64,000 nt of DNA from Octopus sinensis (Eukaryota): positions 28,644,001-28,708,000 of the forward strand of contig NC_042997.1 in assembly GCF_006345805.1 (NCBI RefSeq), in the 5' to 3' direction. The translations under genes were made by a program, and so were the position numbers. The notes beneath the pieces were generated by a model. The model had not been told where the DNA came from. It ran no database searches and saw only the letters and a list, made by a program, of their open reading frames with translations. Each line of letters starts with the position of its first letter. The first letter of the stretch is position 1. Of the stretch, positions 25,891 to 39,531 are shown one piece after another.

Positions 25891-27116
25891 ATAGGTCCAT
25901 ATAAGTGATAGATATTACAATACATTAGCAATAATCTTCAGTAAAAATCTAATAACATGCTTTAATAATATACGTCACCACAGGAAACATATAATCCCTT
26001 TATGTATAGAGGAGTCGTGCGCGTGTCGTCACTAGGTGTTGGAGTACACAGTATTTTGCAAAAATTATATTTATTTTCTAGTATTCATGACTGCACTCTT
26101 AAGCTTAATCTAATTTTCCTTTAGTCTGCTCTTTTTTTAGCCTGTGTAATATCGAAATTTTGTTTCCTTATAATTTTCTTTTCAAATTCTCAATTTCTGT
26201 ACGTGTGCCATATATAATATTTCGGCATCAAATTTATTATAATACATATATGTCTCATCATAATTCTTCCTTTTCACTTTAGCCCTGCGATATACGCAAT
26301 GCTAAAATGTAACAGTCATAACTACAAGTAATCATAGAGCAGTGAGAGCAATGAAACCATTTAGTTTTTTTAGAATTTAATTTTATTTTATATATTACTT
26401 TGTCACCTCTTAAATTCTAAATAAGATTTAGATGAAATATGTGTCTTATTCTACTTAGCTAATTTATTGCCAGCCATATCTGAGTTTGTGAATGGTAAAA
26501 TAATCTAATTTCTCCTTCATCATCTAAAGTGTATACATTATATTGTTATCACGTTTTATGTCTATAATACGGTCTTGATTTAATTTTCGAAATTCAATTT
26601 AATATAGTTTCTTCACTGTATACATAAACTGTCAATAACTAAGTTCTAGGCGGTTAAAAGTTGCAGCGTATACCACACGTATATATAGTAATTATTTAAG
26701 TCGATGAATTGGTACAACCGATTGAGATTCGAGACAAATTCTTCGAAGCATTCGTTCCGGGACTTTACATTCTGAGTTCAATTTTCACCAAGGCCAATTT
26801 TATACTTTATTATATCGGGGTTGTTTATACATATACACCATTCAGGCGCTGTAGTTTATCTGATCGACTAATCATAATCATCTCAATTGATGGGTGTGTT
26901 CCAAAAGCTGAAAGAAATATTATTTCATTGGTGTTGGACAAGATTAATAACGAGATGTCTTCGAGTACTAAGCTTATATTTCACAAAGGTAAACTTTGCT
27001 TTCATCATTGGCAATGTAATGCATTAACCCCTCACAAACATATGGCCTTGTCCCAAAATTTGAGTCAATTGTTACTAATATTTAAAGTTCACGCTTTGTG
27101 CCTATAGTAGAAAGGA

Positions 27117-28480
27117 TAATTATTATTTCGTTTTATCAAAGGTTTCCTTGGATATCCTGGAGTATTGTGTGTAGCGGGCTTGCTAACAATACTTTGCTGT
27201 CAGTTCTTTTCAGTTATTTCATGCTTACCTGATTATTCTAACCGTGCCAAGGAGGAAAATCTTTTGTGACAGTTATGCTGCGCACTCTATCCCGATTTCC
27301 CTTATATTCCATTTGATCCCTCCTGATACTGTCCCTAAGGAGCCAACAATAGTTTGCATCTTTTCACCTTCTTCATTTTCCATAGCCGGGATACTTCGTA
27401 GTTGAGAGGGGTGTATTTATCTATTTTTTTCGCTTTCTTCTTGACTATTTGAGGGTCAAAGGGAAAGGCAACATCAATTATGTCACACATGTGGTGCATC
27501 TTGTCTACCAACACTATATCCGATATGTTAAGCTCTAGCACCTGATCTCTTTGGATTGGAAAATCCCAGAGGATTTTGCTAGACTCCGATTCCGTTACCC
27601 TCTGGGGTTTGTGCTGCTCATACCGCGTTTTGGTTCTCTCTAGACCCCGCTTTTCGTGAAGTTGTCAATGCAGCACCGTCGCTACCTGGTCGTTTCACCA
27701 CAGCTTGTATTTGTTTTGGGCAAGTCTGGGGCACATGTTCGTGATTTGGGCAATGGTTTCATCCATATGTTACAGATGCAGCATAGCGGAGAGAGTTGCT
27801 CATTCCTCAGGATGATCTTCCTGTTCGTGGTTAAAGCTTGCTTTTGCGCTGCCACTAGAGTTCACTCAATCTCGTGTTATAGCGTTCCTTTCTTCAACCA
27901 ATCGCATCTTTGTTCCCTGGAATTTTTATTGTGGCTTCAGTGAATTGATTGTGTAGTTCCCTGTTCCGAAATACCTCTTCATGTTCTTCATGTATTTTTC
28001 CTTGTTATTCCTTTCTCTTCTCCTTACCTTAATCTAGTAAAGTATAACACCACGACATGAAAGAAGGAACAAAAACAGAGTACCTGTGGCGAGTGAGAAA
28101 AATAGTGGCTTCACAGCTGAAGGCCAGAAAGATAATTTCGGTAATAAACACGCGCCCAGTCGTCGTAGATCGGTATGGCGCTAAAAGAAGATAGACAGGG
28201 AATCAAGAAAGCTCCTACTGATTCATAAAGACAATAATCCACGTTCTGGCACTGATTGCTTATACAGGATGAGAGCAAATGTAGGAAGGGTACTGATAAG
28301 TCTGGAAGACTCCGTACGTATCGAACTCGAGAGCTTAATGAGTTAGTTAGCCCAAAGTAAGTAAACCTTGCTAATGAGGGTTATGAAGGAAGGAGTATTG
28401 TGAGCATAGAAAAAAGAGAAAACAAAGGAAGAATTACAAATAGCAAAAGAAGAAGAATTATATTTCGCAATATCCACACT
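27117..28480 (-). mobile_element. R4/Dong-type LINE 3' fragment with its 5' part inverted (27117-28035 minus; ~28040-28480 plus)
   Basis: The minus part reads ELHNQF, DIVLVDK...CDIIDVAFPFD...KIDKY. The plus part reads EYLWRVRKIVASQLKARKIISVINT and IDRESRKLLLIH...LYRMRANVGRVLISLEDSVRIE. Confidence 0.75.
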
Positions 28481-28629
28481 TTCCTATGACTAATTTATAT
28501 TTCCTTCAAAATAAGTTTTAAAAACTCGCATATCTACTGTTTTCCCTGGTCGAACACGCACACAATTACCTACAAAAAATTAAAATCTACAACTTTCTAT
28601 GAATATCTATCCCTTCCACCACCTTTATA

Positions 28630-28692
28630 TCATCATCATCATCATCATCATCATCATTATTATTATTATTTTTACTATTATTATTATTATTA

Positions 28693-28782
<90 letters not shown>

Positions 28783-28862
28783 TTATTGTTGTTGGTATTA
28801 TTATTGTTATTGTTGTTGTTGCCGCTGCTGCTGTTGTTGTTGTTGTTGTTGTTATTATTATT
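28630..28862. repeat. (ATC)n/(ATT)n/(GTT)n compound microsatellite, LINE tail
   Basis: Direct reading. Confidence 0.95.
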
Positions 28863-28864
28863 CA

Positions 28865-29480
28865 ACACCGATTTTGTTAGGGCTCCTGGAGAAATACATG
28901 CGTAGCAGGCTTACTACCTGCATGCTAAACATTCTTTTCAGTTGATTTTTCTAGCCTTGCGAGGGAGGCCAAACTTGTGTAAGCGTTCTACTGGGCTCTC
29001 TGTTCAAGCTTCCTTTATATTCCTCTTGATGACTTCTGGTACAGTTCCCAAGGACCCAACAATACTTGGTGTTGTTTCGTACATAAAATGGTTGAATTTA
29101 TATGTCTTTGACGTCCTCCTTGACTATTCCAGGGTCAAAGAGACATGCACCATCAACTGTATAGCATATGTGGTGGATCTTGTCTACCACCACTAGGTCC
29201 TCTCTGTTATACTTTAGCGCCTGATCTGTTTGGATTGGGAATCACTAAAGGGTTTTGCTAGTCTTCCTTTCCCTGCGGTTTGTGCGAATAACACGTCTCA
29301 CCTGTCTGTAACCTCTACTTTTCACACAGTTTCCAATGTAGCACTTTCGCTACCTGATCGTGTCGCCACAACTGGTAGAAATTTTGAGTAAGTCTAGGGC
29401 ATTCGTTGATGATATGGGCACTGTATTGTACATGCAGCACAACGGAAACAGTTGCTCATTCCTAACTTTGACCCTCTAGT
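28865..29480 (-). mobile_element. R4/Dong-type LINE 3' end
   Basis: Frames read HIINECPRL, RHDQVAKVLHWKLCEK and IVGSLGTVP, followed by an (AAT)n-type tail. Confidence 0.8.
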
Positions 29481-29535
29481 TCGTGGCCAGTCAGTTCTTG
29501 ATCTGTCAGTATAGTGCTCTTTTTTAGTTTGTCTT

Positions 29536-29553
29536 TATCATCACCATCATCAC

Positions 29554-29620
<67 letters not shown>

Positions 29621-29707
29621 GTCATCATCATCATCACCATCACCATCACAACCGCCACCACTATCACAACTTCCAACACCACCACCATCATCATCACCAC
29701 CACCACC

Positions 29708-29741
<34 letters not shown>

Positions 29742-29847
29742 TCATCGTCATCATCATCATCACCATCACCATCACAACCGCCACCACTATCACAACTTCC
29801 AACACCACCACCATCATCATCATCATCATCACCACCACCACCAACAC

Positions 29848-29896
<49 letters not shown>

Positions 29897-29974
29897 GTCA
29901 TCATCATCATCACCATCACCATCACAACCGCCACCACTATCACAACTTCCAACACCACCACCATCATCATCATC

Positions 29975-30027
<53 letters not shown>

Positions 30028-30075
30028 CCTCCTCATCATCATCATCGTATTCATCATCATCATTATAATCATCAG
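29536..30075. repeat. (CAT)n/(CAC)n cryptic microsatellite with three higher-order units
   Basis: The motif caccatcaccatcacaaccgccaccactatcacaacttccaacacc recurs near 29635, 29760 and 29910. Confidence 0.9.
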
Positions 30076-30584
30076 CATCAGAATAGTCAGTATTAAAAAC
30101 GTGCATCATCTTCCTTTCGATATTTTCTAGGTCATTAATACTATTTTATTTGCCCGGCTTTTAGTTTCCAATTAGATTCTAATGGGATTTTCCTTATATC
30201 GCATTATCTTTGATGTTATTGTCATGTCGATAATGGTTGTATTTTATTCAGCATATGGCCCCCAGGTTTTGCAGAATACAATTACCTTAGATAATGAGGA
30301 AGTTGAAATCACCAGTGCGGAAAATTAATGATTGTAGATATTGTTTAGTTATAATAATCCAGAACAGATATACTTATTTTAAATATTAAGTGAAGGGTAT
30401 TTTGTTCCATGAAATTGTGTTCCATGAAATATATCATTGCCTGGATGTGATGTATTTTGGCACAAAGCCAACGCTATTGTTTTAGATTTCATTAGACCTA
30501 CTCCATAACTACATAATTATTTTGTGGATACGATATTATACGATTTCGTTAAGATAAAATGGAATAAATTACAACATAATAACT

Positions 30585-30819
30585 ATTTCTTTATTACCCA
30601 CAAGGGGCTAAGCACAAAGAGGACAAACGAGGACAGACAAACGGATTAAGTCGATTATATCGACCCCAGTGCGTAACTGGTACTTAATTAATCGACTCCG
30701 AAATTATGAAAGGCAAAGTCGACCTCGACGGAATTTGAGCTCAGAACGTAACGGCAGAGGAAATACGGCTACGCATTTCGCCCGGCATGCTAACGCTTCT
30801 GCTAGCTCACCACTTTAAC
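30585..30819 (-). mobile_element. tRNA-derived SINE, family 1, full length with TSD
   Basis: 19-bp TSD aaattacaac(a/t)taataact at 30566-30584 and 30820-30838; tRNA-like head. Confidence 0.88.
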
Positions 30820-33800
30820 AAATTACAACTTAATAACTGTGGAAACTGAATGTCACAAAGGAACTTTCAAATATTAAAATTAACGTCAAATATATTAAAT
30901 GTCGTGGTAGATATTTAAATACGACAAAATATTTCAAATTGTATCCTATTTGGAGAAAATAAACAAAGACGTAGTGATAAATCTTTTTTACTCTCACAGG
31001 TGAAGGGAGCTGAATTTAAGAAATTAAGATTTAACCCTTCAAGCTTAAGTTAGAGTGTATCGGACCTTTAAATCAGTTTATAACTGTTATAACTTAAGTT
31101 AAATTTCTAATCTTTGTCAGGGAACTAATCATGATTTCGCGTGTTAAATCACATCAGCATTGTATTTTCTGTTTTATTAATTAAAAAAATATTTTAGCTT
31201 GCAAATATAAATTAATTATGCAATTGTGGTTTAAATCTAATTTCAGTATTTATAGGTGTTCACACATTTAGTTAAATATACACATCCACTCACACACGCA
31301 TTGACACATATCATGTTAGGCAACTATGTATATCTTCATTGATTGAACACTTCGTTACAATGTGTTGTTGATTTTATGAGGACTGAGAAATGATATTAAA
31401 TTCCATAAGCAGTTGTGAAGCAGAGACTGGTTAACCTACTAATATTTTACATTAGATTTTTTACTTCATGCCGAATTATCATTCGAATACAATCGATAGA
31501 ATTGAATAGCGTTTTCTATTTCCTTGAAAACTTATTTGGTATTAGATTATATGGTAATGATAAACCTAAACTTAGAGGCAACTTCCTTCAATCGTTTATT
31601 ACTGTTCTTTTTTTATCTTTTGTTCATTGTCCGGAAATCTTTCGTCCCACATCCATGACCTCTTCAACGACCCTTTTCCATCCACGTGTATCCTCCAGCT
31701 CCTTTTAGTCTATTCTGTCCGTCTATGATGTGTATCCTTATCTGCGCGTGCGTTTGTGTCTGCATCTGTTAGTTTGAGTGTGCATGTGTGTGTACGTGCT
31801 CGTGCGTATACGTGCGTCTAAGTGATTCGCATGTGTGTTTATGTGTGTGTAATTTGTAGTTGCCATTATCGTCGTCATTTCTATTGGTACTTTGGCCATC
31901 CCCTTACTTATATTTTCTCTTCTGTTGCTGTTGTTGCTGTTCTTGACCCTTCTGTTATTTCTCTCGTATATTTATGTGCTTGTGTGTTCGTTCATGTTGT
32001 TGTCATCGTGGTTCTTGTTGTTGTTGTTGCAGCCGTTTGTAAACTTACTGTATATGTGTACTGTTTGTATCCGTGCCCTTTATATCGTTTTTCTTTCCTA
32101 ATCTTTATTTCTTATATTTATCATAGGTATGTGCATGTCATTCTTGTGTGTATTAAATTGTTTCAATCTGTGTTTTCCCCTTTTTATTCCCCTCAGTCTT
32201 TAGTGGTTGTGTTGTGTGGTGTAGTGTTCGGGATGTTATTCTTTCATTCGAGTTTTATGTTGAGGCTCGGTATGTGTGTCTGGCCTCTGTAATCTGTCTA
32301 AGTGTCGTGTCAGTTCTATGCGTTGATAATATCTTAACCTCTATGCTATTAACTGAGCCTCTATGTTCTACTTGAGCATGTTGTTAGAACACTGACGAAC
32401 TTCTCTTCTCTTTGAGCTTGCGCAGTGTGCACCTGTTCGCTCCGCTATGCTGCGTGCCATCCCCCAATGTAAGCCGTTGTCTTGTTTCTTTGTTTTGTTT
32501 CTGTTAAAGTAACTTAAAATTTTTTTTTTGATATTCAATTCTAGCAATGCAACTTGTAAATCGTATGGGGAAAACATTGCTTTGTTAATTTATTACATCT
32601 GCAATGTGCAATAAACGTGGACCTGGCAGGATTATAATCAGTAACAAAATTATAAGTCTCATAGTAATCTGTTATAGTTTATTGTGGCACGACATATCAC
32701 TTAAATTTCTACACGATTCGAAGCTGTAGACCTACTGATAACTGATATGAAATAGAATTGGAACTACGTAGACACATATTGGAAACTGACATATAAGGTA
32801 CTAAATCATATCCAGTTCTGCATAGGTAATTCGTTTCTTGTTGCAGGGAAGGCAAATAAGTTTCAGCACTGGTGGAAATAGATCACATAATTTCACTGAA
32901 GAAATTTTCCTTTGCTTTCTATCAAATATGCCACGTGTTGTGTTTTTATCATATGTAAAACAACAGTAATTTCGATGTATAATAATATAAACAGATATTC
33001 CAAAGTATTTATGCTTGTATTTCTTGTAATTCTATTTATTATGCGAAAGAAAGCATCAATTAAAGAGCGACAGCACTTTGATCTTGGATGTTTATATTCT
33101 AAAAGTAAAATTACTCATATTTACATTTTAATAGCGTTCATATTTATTCACTTTCTATTTGAAAACCATCTTGATATCTCATATTGAAGCCATTTCTCCG
33201 TTTAATATCTTATACTATGCAAAATGTAAATGTTTGTTTAAAAAAAATCGCTCACTTTAGACATGAAATCATTATATTTCCTTCTTAATAGACTAATTAT
33301 GATATAAATAAGCAACCATCAAATATCGAAAGAGAAATAGCCTAGTTGTCGAAATATAATGATGCGACATTGTAAAATCGATACATATTTTTGTTAGAAT
33401 TAACATGGAAAAGTGTGTTTAGGCATTAATGGGAAAACATGTGCAGGAAAAGAAAGGGTGACGTATTTCACCAAGTAAAATAAACAACACAAACTGAGAG
33501 GATATTACTAAAGAAGCTGCTCGGAAATGATGCGTGTAATATAATTCGAAGATCACCGTATTAGATGAGGATTTGAATATTGTGTATTAAGGTAAAACCA
33601 AAAAGACTAAAATGAAGGCAAGATCGGTATAATTATCTTCTGTAAATCTACACTATTTCGAATTATAACAAGAGTATAAAATTGATGTGATTATTGTAAA
33701 TGTACACAGTCACATACGCATGCAGACACTGAAATCACACGTCTACATAAATAGATATTCATACTCCGAATCATGAACATACACACATACGCATTAATGT

Positions 33801-36699
33801 ACATATGCGGAGAATGATAGACAGAGAGAGAAAGAAAGACAAAGAGACAGCAACAAATATATAGATAGATAATTAAAAATATTTTCTCAATTCACATACA
33901 TTTTACTTCTCCATCTACACAAAGCATATACAAAGGAAGAGAAAGTTGCAATGTAATTAAAACTAAAGTAAAACTCTAAAATCTTCAGAAAGAATGCATT
34001 TTAAGATCAGTTGCTGGTGTAGATATATTTATGTATATGACACAAGGATAGGGAGAACAGCTGAGTGTTTCTTTGTATGTAACAACTTTCCAGATTTGCT
34101 GGATTCGTGTAAAACGAATTGTTGCTTGCTGAGTAGTTAAACTTATTTCAGCGGATCACAATGACACCGAGTTTCATCCACTGGTTCTCGTGTCATATTT
34201 TCTGTTTCAGCAACACATAATGTGTATTCGCGGACAAATTATGACCGACAGAAACCTAAAGCAACAATGTTTTTTCAGCTACTGTACTATAAATTTGTAA
34301 AACGTCAACAATATTCCCATGTTAAGAGGAAATAAAAACACTTCAGAAACAAATTACTGAGAAATTGAAGTGTATTTTAGCAAGTTTGGTATAGCCGTTT
34401 AACAAGAAATGCCCTCAACAGGTTAATTTGTATTCACAGCAGTTTGAGCTGAACGAGTTTAACCTGTCATTAAAACAAAATTTTAAAACACATTTATTTT
34501 GCGAAACAGAAGGCAGATCTTATTGCCCAAAAATATAAATGTACATTTTGTTTGTTTTGCGTTGAGTTGGTATGAGTGATGTCAAGGAATCGATCAACGA
34601 AACAATTATCTTACATAAATCCAATCCTAAGCACTGATATTTTGACTAGAGTTATCTGTGAAATATATGTGTTTTTTTTATTTGTTGAATGACCCTTCAG
34701 AAAAATTGTTTTCTCAAGAGAATGGGTCGCAGAATGCATAGTATCCAGAGTGAGATACGTTTAAATTTGTGTTATTTGAAATCGGCACATATGATTGGGA
34801 CGTAGCTCCTTGTTTTATGTGTCCATCTATTGCACAAATCTCAACACAGTATTTCTCTGATAATGACATTTAAGTTTATTAGCAGATATAGAAAACTTAA
34901 TTGTATGCAGTGGAATAGAGAAAGCTATCGTGATTAAGCATCAGGATTGATAACCACGATTTTCCTTTGAGATATGCCTATCTGATGAAAAGGAATAAAC
35001 AAAATAATCACAGGATTTTGTAAACATTGAAGATATCTTCTATTAAAACATTTTTTTTTTTAGTTTGTAATGGCCCGTAATGTCTGCAGTCCAGTGGCTG
35101 AGACCATGTAAATACAGAACATAAAAAATAATGAAGAGAAGTGCCAATTGAAGTTTATGCTTTGATAATGTGAAAGAATAAAGTAGGGAAGTGTTATAAG
35201 CTTTGACGAACGTTTATATATTTAAACTTAACCTTAGTCATTATATATCAAAAGGAAAACTTTGAATTAATTTGAGTTTGCTAAACATTATCAATTGTCT
35301 ATATCTTTTTGCCTATTTTAATTTCATTCAGTTTTTATCATTATATTTCAATTAACATCCGGTTTTACACGATATGCTAATCATATATCAATCTATTTCT
35401 ATCAAACTCTATGTGTGTGCTTGTACGAGCGTGTGTGTATGTGCATACAATCGATTCTCGGGTAATTTGTTGCAAGGGCACCTTGAATTAATGAGGATGT
35501 TTGGACTGGTATTTCGAGCTATGACTAACATATTAGTTTCTTCGTATACTGTATTCGAAACATGATGGGTTCAGTTCAACTCCAAACTTCCTTTTGAAAG
35601 TTATTGATGGTCATTGCCAAAAGGAATTTCAAATGAAATTGAATTGCACGCAGTTTGTCTTCTGCGTTGTTTAGGTACAAAACAGTAACCATCAGTATAT
35701 TTTCCTACTTATTCTGACAAAGTGAAAAGGGGACAACATGGTTTAAATTTTTATTGCATCGTGTCGTTACAAAGATTGGAATAATGTAATCAACAATTTT
35801 CAGAATCAAATCCCCAAGTATAAATCAGATTGCCTGGAGGTGTTTTCTTCACATTCGATAATATTCAGATATTTGGATGCACAATTTACAAAATGATCTT
35901 GTAAAGTGATGGTGTCTGTTGAAGTATAACATCATTATCTGGGATATATTGTTCTGTAATCTTCGTACCCTTTATCGCAGAGTAACGTTTTGGCCATTTT
36001 GAAGTACGATTGCTCGATCGTAAAAGTAATCCGGGATACATTTTTATGGTATAGAATATAATGCTAATATTCGCTTCCACTTTGTGTTTTAAAGATACTG
36101 CCGGCAAAATCTTTGAATTTCGTAACTGAAACTCATTTCAAGAATTCCATATCTCATTTTCTATATCTGGGTAAAAATCTCGCAGTTTTACCATATTTAG
36201 AATTGAAGCTCACTTGCATGTTCATTGAGTTGTTGAGTGTGCGAAGAGATATAAGAAACTTCTATATATCAGCGGTGGTGCCCCAGCATGGCCGCGGCCT
36301 TCAGGCTAAAACGTTTTTAAGGATTTTAAGGATGTATATATGGAACCGAGTAGTTTGGATCTCTGGTGATATTTCAAGTAGAGTTTGTTGAAAATAACCT
36401 TTAAAATCGATTGTAAAATTTCATATTGTATGCGTGTTGTCTGACATGTGCTTTGTCCACTTCAAACATTCATTGCACTTTTGTAGATTCTACTAGCTTC
36501 ATCCCTCTTGCTATTTATCAGCGTTTTATTCTTTGTATATAGATTTTTCATATCATATCAGGTCTATGTGCAGCTTATATTTGCAGTACATAGTTCTTCC
36601 ATATTCTGTAATCGCACATGTGTTACAACTAATAAAAAACGGCTAGCTTGACAAATAGTTTCTATCATTTATGCTTTATGAGTACTTTATGAGTGCTTT

Positions 36700-37745
36700 A
36701 TGAGTACAAAAAAAAGGACTCTGCTGCCGAAGTGACTCGAAACATATACACTCAGTTTTGGGGAAAGAATGCTTGAATGAAAGAACTTGCAGAAGATGGT
36801 TTGCAAAATTCAGAAGTGGAGATTTCAAACTTGAAGATGAAAATCGGAAAGGACGTCCAGTTGAGTTTGGTGATAATCTCTTTGAGGTATTACTTGAAGA
36901 AAATCCTGCATTATCAGCTGAAGAATTGGCAATAAAGCTTAGTTCAGGCCATACAACTGTTAATCCGTCATCTTCAACAACTTGAAAAGGTTCCTAAACT
37001 TGGAAAATGGGTGGCTCATGAATTGTCCGAAAGCAACCGCATATCCCGAGTTAACATCTGCTTTTCTCTCCATTTTCGCGAACTCATTTCACCATTTTAG
37101 GATAAACTTGTGACAGGTAACGAAAAATGGATCTTCTATCGAAATGTTAAATATTGTAAACAGTTGCTTGGTAAAAGGGAAAAAAAGCTGAACCACAACC
37201 GAGAAAAAAGCTTTTTCTCTCTATCTGGTGGGATTGCAAAGGAGTAATTCACTTTGAATTGTTACCACCTAATGCAACAATCGATGCTCAAGTCAATTGT
37301 CAGCAATTAAAGCGTTTGAACCAAGCTTTCAAGGAAAAAAGACTCGCTTTAATGAATCGAAAAGGAGTGATTAATATTTCATCAGGACAATGCGCGACCC
37401 CGCAGTGCAAAGATCACATCACAACAGATCGAAGAGCCTGGAGGGAAAAAATCCTCAACCACCTTATTCTCCCGACCTTGCTCCTTCAGACTACCATCTG
37501 TTTCGTAGTTTACAGAATCATTTGGGGGACATAACTTTCGTAAGCTAGAAGGTCGAAACTAACATTTCAGAATTTTTGCTTTGAAACCGAAAGAGATGGG
37601 ACTAAAAAGCTTGTAAATAGATGGAAGGATGTCATGGATAATCAAGGAAGGTATATTGATGATTAAATTTCAATTAAATATAACATTTGATCCCTTGTTT
37701 TCTTTATTCAAAATTCGAACAGAACTTATGGGATGACCTTATAGC
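36700..37745 (+). mobile_element. Mariner (D,D34D) transposon remnant, frameshifted
   Basis: Frames read RRWFAKFRSGDFKLEDENRKGRP, KLGKWVAHEL, VTGNEKWIFY, WWDCKGVIHFELL, QDNARP and YSPDLAPSDYHLFRSLQNHL. A right TIR-like sequence lies near 37710-37743; the left TIR was not resolved. Confidence 0.88.
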
Positions 37746-38953
37746 TAATTGGAATATGATGACGCCACTTAAAAGGCCTTTTTTTATGAAAGAAATTACC
37801 ACCCATTATATGAATTAGTATTTTGATAATGTAGTGAAAGAAGATATTAACACCTTTTAACATAGCGCTGCTTAACGTATTCATTTCACGACAAGAGGAA
37901 AAAATTTTAAAATTAAATTTGATCATTCCACATTTACCAATTGAAAACAATAATCAAAGCTTTCTTAGAAATACTCACTTAATCCCGTTTTAAACTTCGT
38001 ATGAAATTTGTATATGCAAATTATACTATTTGTATTAGTTATTAGGAAAAGAGTAGTTTTAATATTTCCTAATAGGAGGGAAAGCCAATATTATCTACGT
38101 AAAACTGACATTGAACATCTCATGAATAAATAAAATTATGCAAAACAGAACATTCTGTATTCTGAATCAAGCAGAAGTAAATTTTATCATTTGTATGTTC
38201 ATTGAAATTTGATTCTCCAAAGTGAATAGCATTTCAAAGTTTAGAGAGAAGCTAATGGAAATTTACAAAATATTCCCGGTCAGGGATAGACGAGAACCAT
38301 TTGGATAGGATCCGAAATCAATTTACAGTTGAAATAAAGCGTAGAAAACACCTACCATTAAAAGATCAGGCTTAATATGCAAAAGTTTCAAGTTATTCAG
38401 CAGTAAGGCTTCAATTTCCTAAGAAAACATTAAACGTATTTTGAATTGAGATTCATGCTGAAATTCCAATATTTTTCCACTTAAACTTGAAACCTTTCTG
38501 TCATTTGTCGCAACGTATTTGGGTGATTCAGTATTTTAGTTGTTAAGCGGTATGAAATCGAACGAAAATCGTCCATTGAACCTGCCTTGAGGCCAGGATT
38601 TGAAATATTAAAATAGAAGATGTCTTTCGCAAAAAAAGAAAGCGTATTCCAATATTTAAAACTTGAAAAATGTAAGTTTAGAAAACAAAATGCGCAAAAG
38701 TTTGGCCTAACGGAAGAAACGAATTTCCCAATTATTTTCTGGCTGAATATTAATCTTCAATATACTTCGATTTTTCTCCGAGAGATAATTAGCTTGCATT
38801 ATGTCATTTTTTTCTACTTGGGGAAAAACAAAATTCGTATACTATATAGTAAAAGTGTTTTATGTAAATTAGGCTTATTCAAAATGAATAGCTTTAATCT
38901 TTATACATTTAAATTCTTGAGTGAAAATGAACAGCATTATTTTAAAACTTTAA

Positions 38954-39531
38954 CCTTAATTTTGCTAAATACACTTGAATAATCTTCCCTCATTCAGCAT
39001 GGCCTGTTTAAGGAACGAAAACGTAATACACTTTATTTCACTATATGAAAAGTATTTGATACGAAGTTAAAAGGTTTGCACTGCAGTAGTAGTTATCTGG
39101 CGCGTTCAAGTAAACCATTACAATAAAATGAGAAATGTATTTCAGAGGAAATTAAAAGATGCAGAGTCTGCAGAAAAAACATATGAAAACATCTTAATGA
39201 GGTTCTCTACACCATAAAGGCGACAAACGCCTATGCATATCTGATACCCAGACAATTTTTAGTGAAATTATGAATCAAACATCAGGAACAGGTAACAATG
39301 ATTACATTGGGAATGATGTAAAATCTACAAATGCTGTCATTGTACTCTACTTAATTTTCAGAATTTTGTACTGATTTTCTGTGAGGGAGTCTGGGTGATG
39401 CTGATGTTTGATTCATAATTTCACTAAAAATACTTTTTATAAAGTAAAATAAAGTGTATTACGTTTTCGTTCTTTAAATATACCATGCTGAATGAGGGAA
39501 GATTATTCAAGTGTATTTAGCAAAATTAAGG
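38954..39531. mobile_element. piggyBac-type MITE with perfect 49-bp TIRs and TTAA target duplication
   Basis: ccttaattttgc...cagcatgg (38954-39002) is the exact reverse complement of 39483-39531. TTAA lies at 38950-38953 and 39532-39535. No ORF. Confidence 0.85.

Noticed and set aside
29462-30109. 215-aa poly-Asp/Gly ORF and overlapping poly-Ser/Pro and poly-Met ORFs
   Set aside because: Open in several frames only because CAT/CAC repeats lack stops; no splice or domain evidence.
31118-31165. Minus-strand CTGATGT...GAAAtcatgat
   Set aside because: It needs a deletion to restore the core, and stem I does not pair.
35780-36110. Possible Tc1/mariner remnant (ILQQ...P motif)
   Set aside because: Too degenerate, with no catalytic residues or TIRs identifiable.
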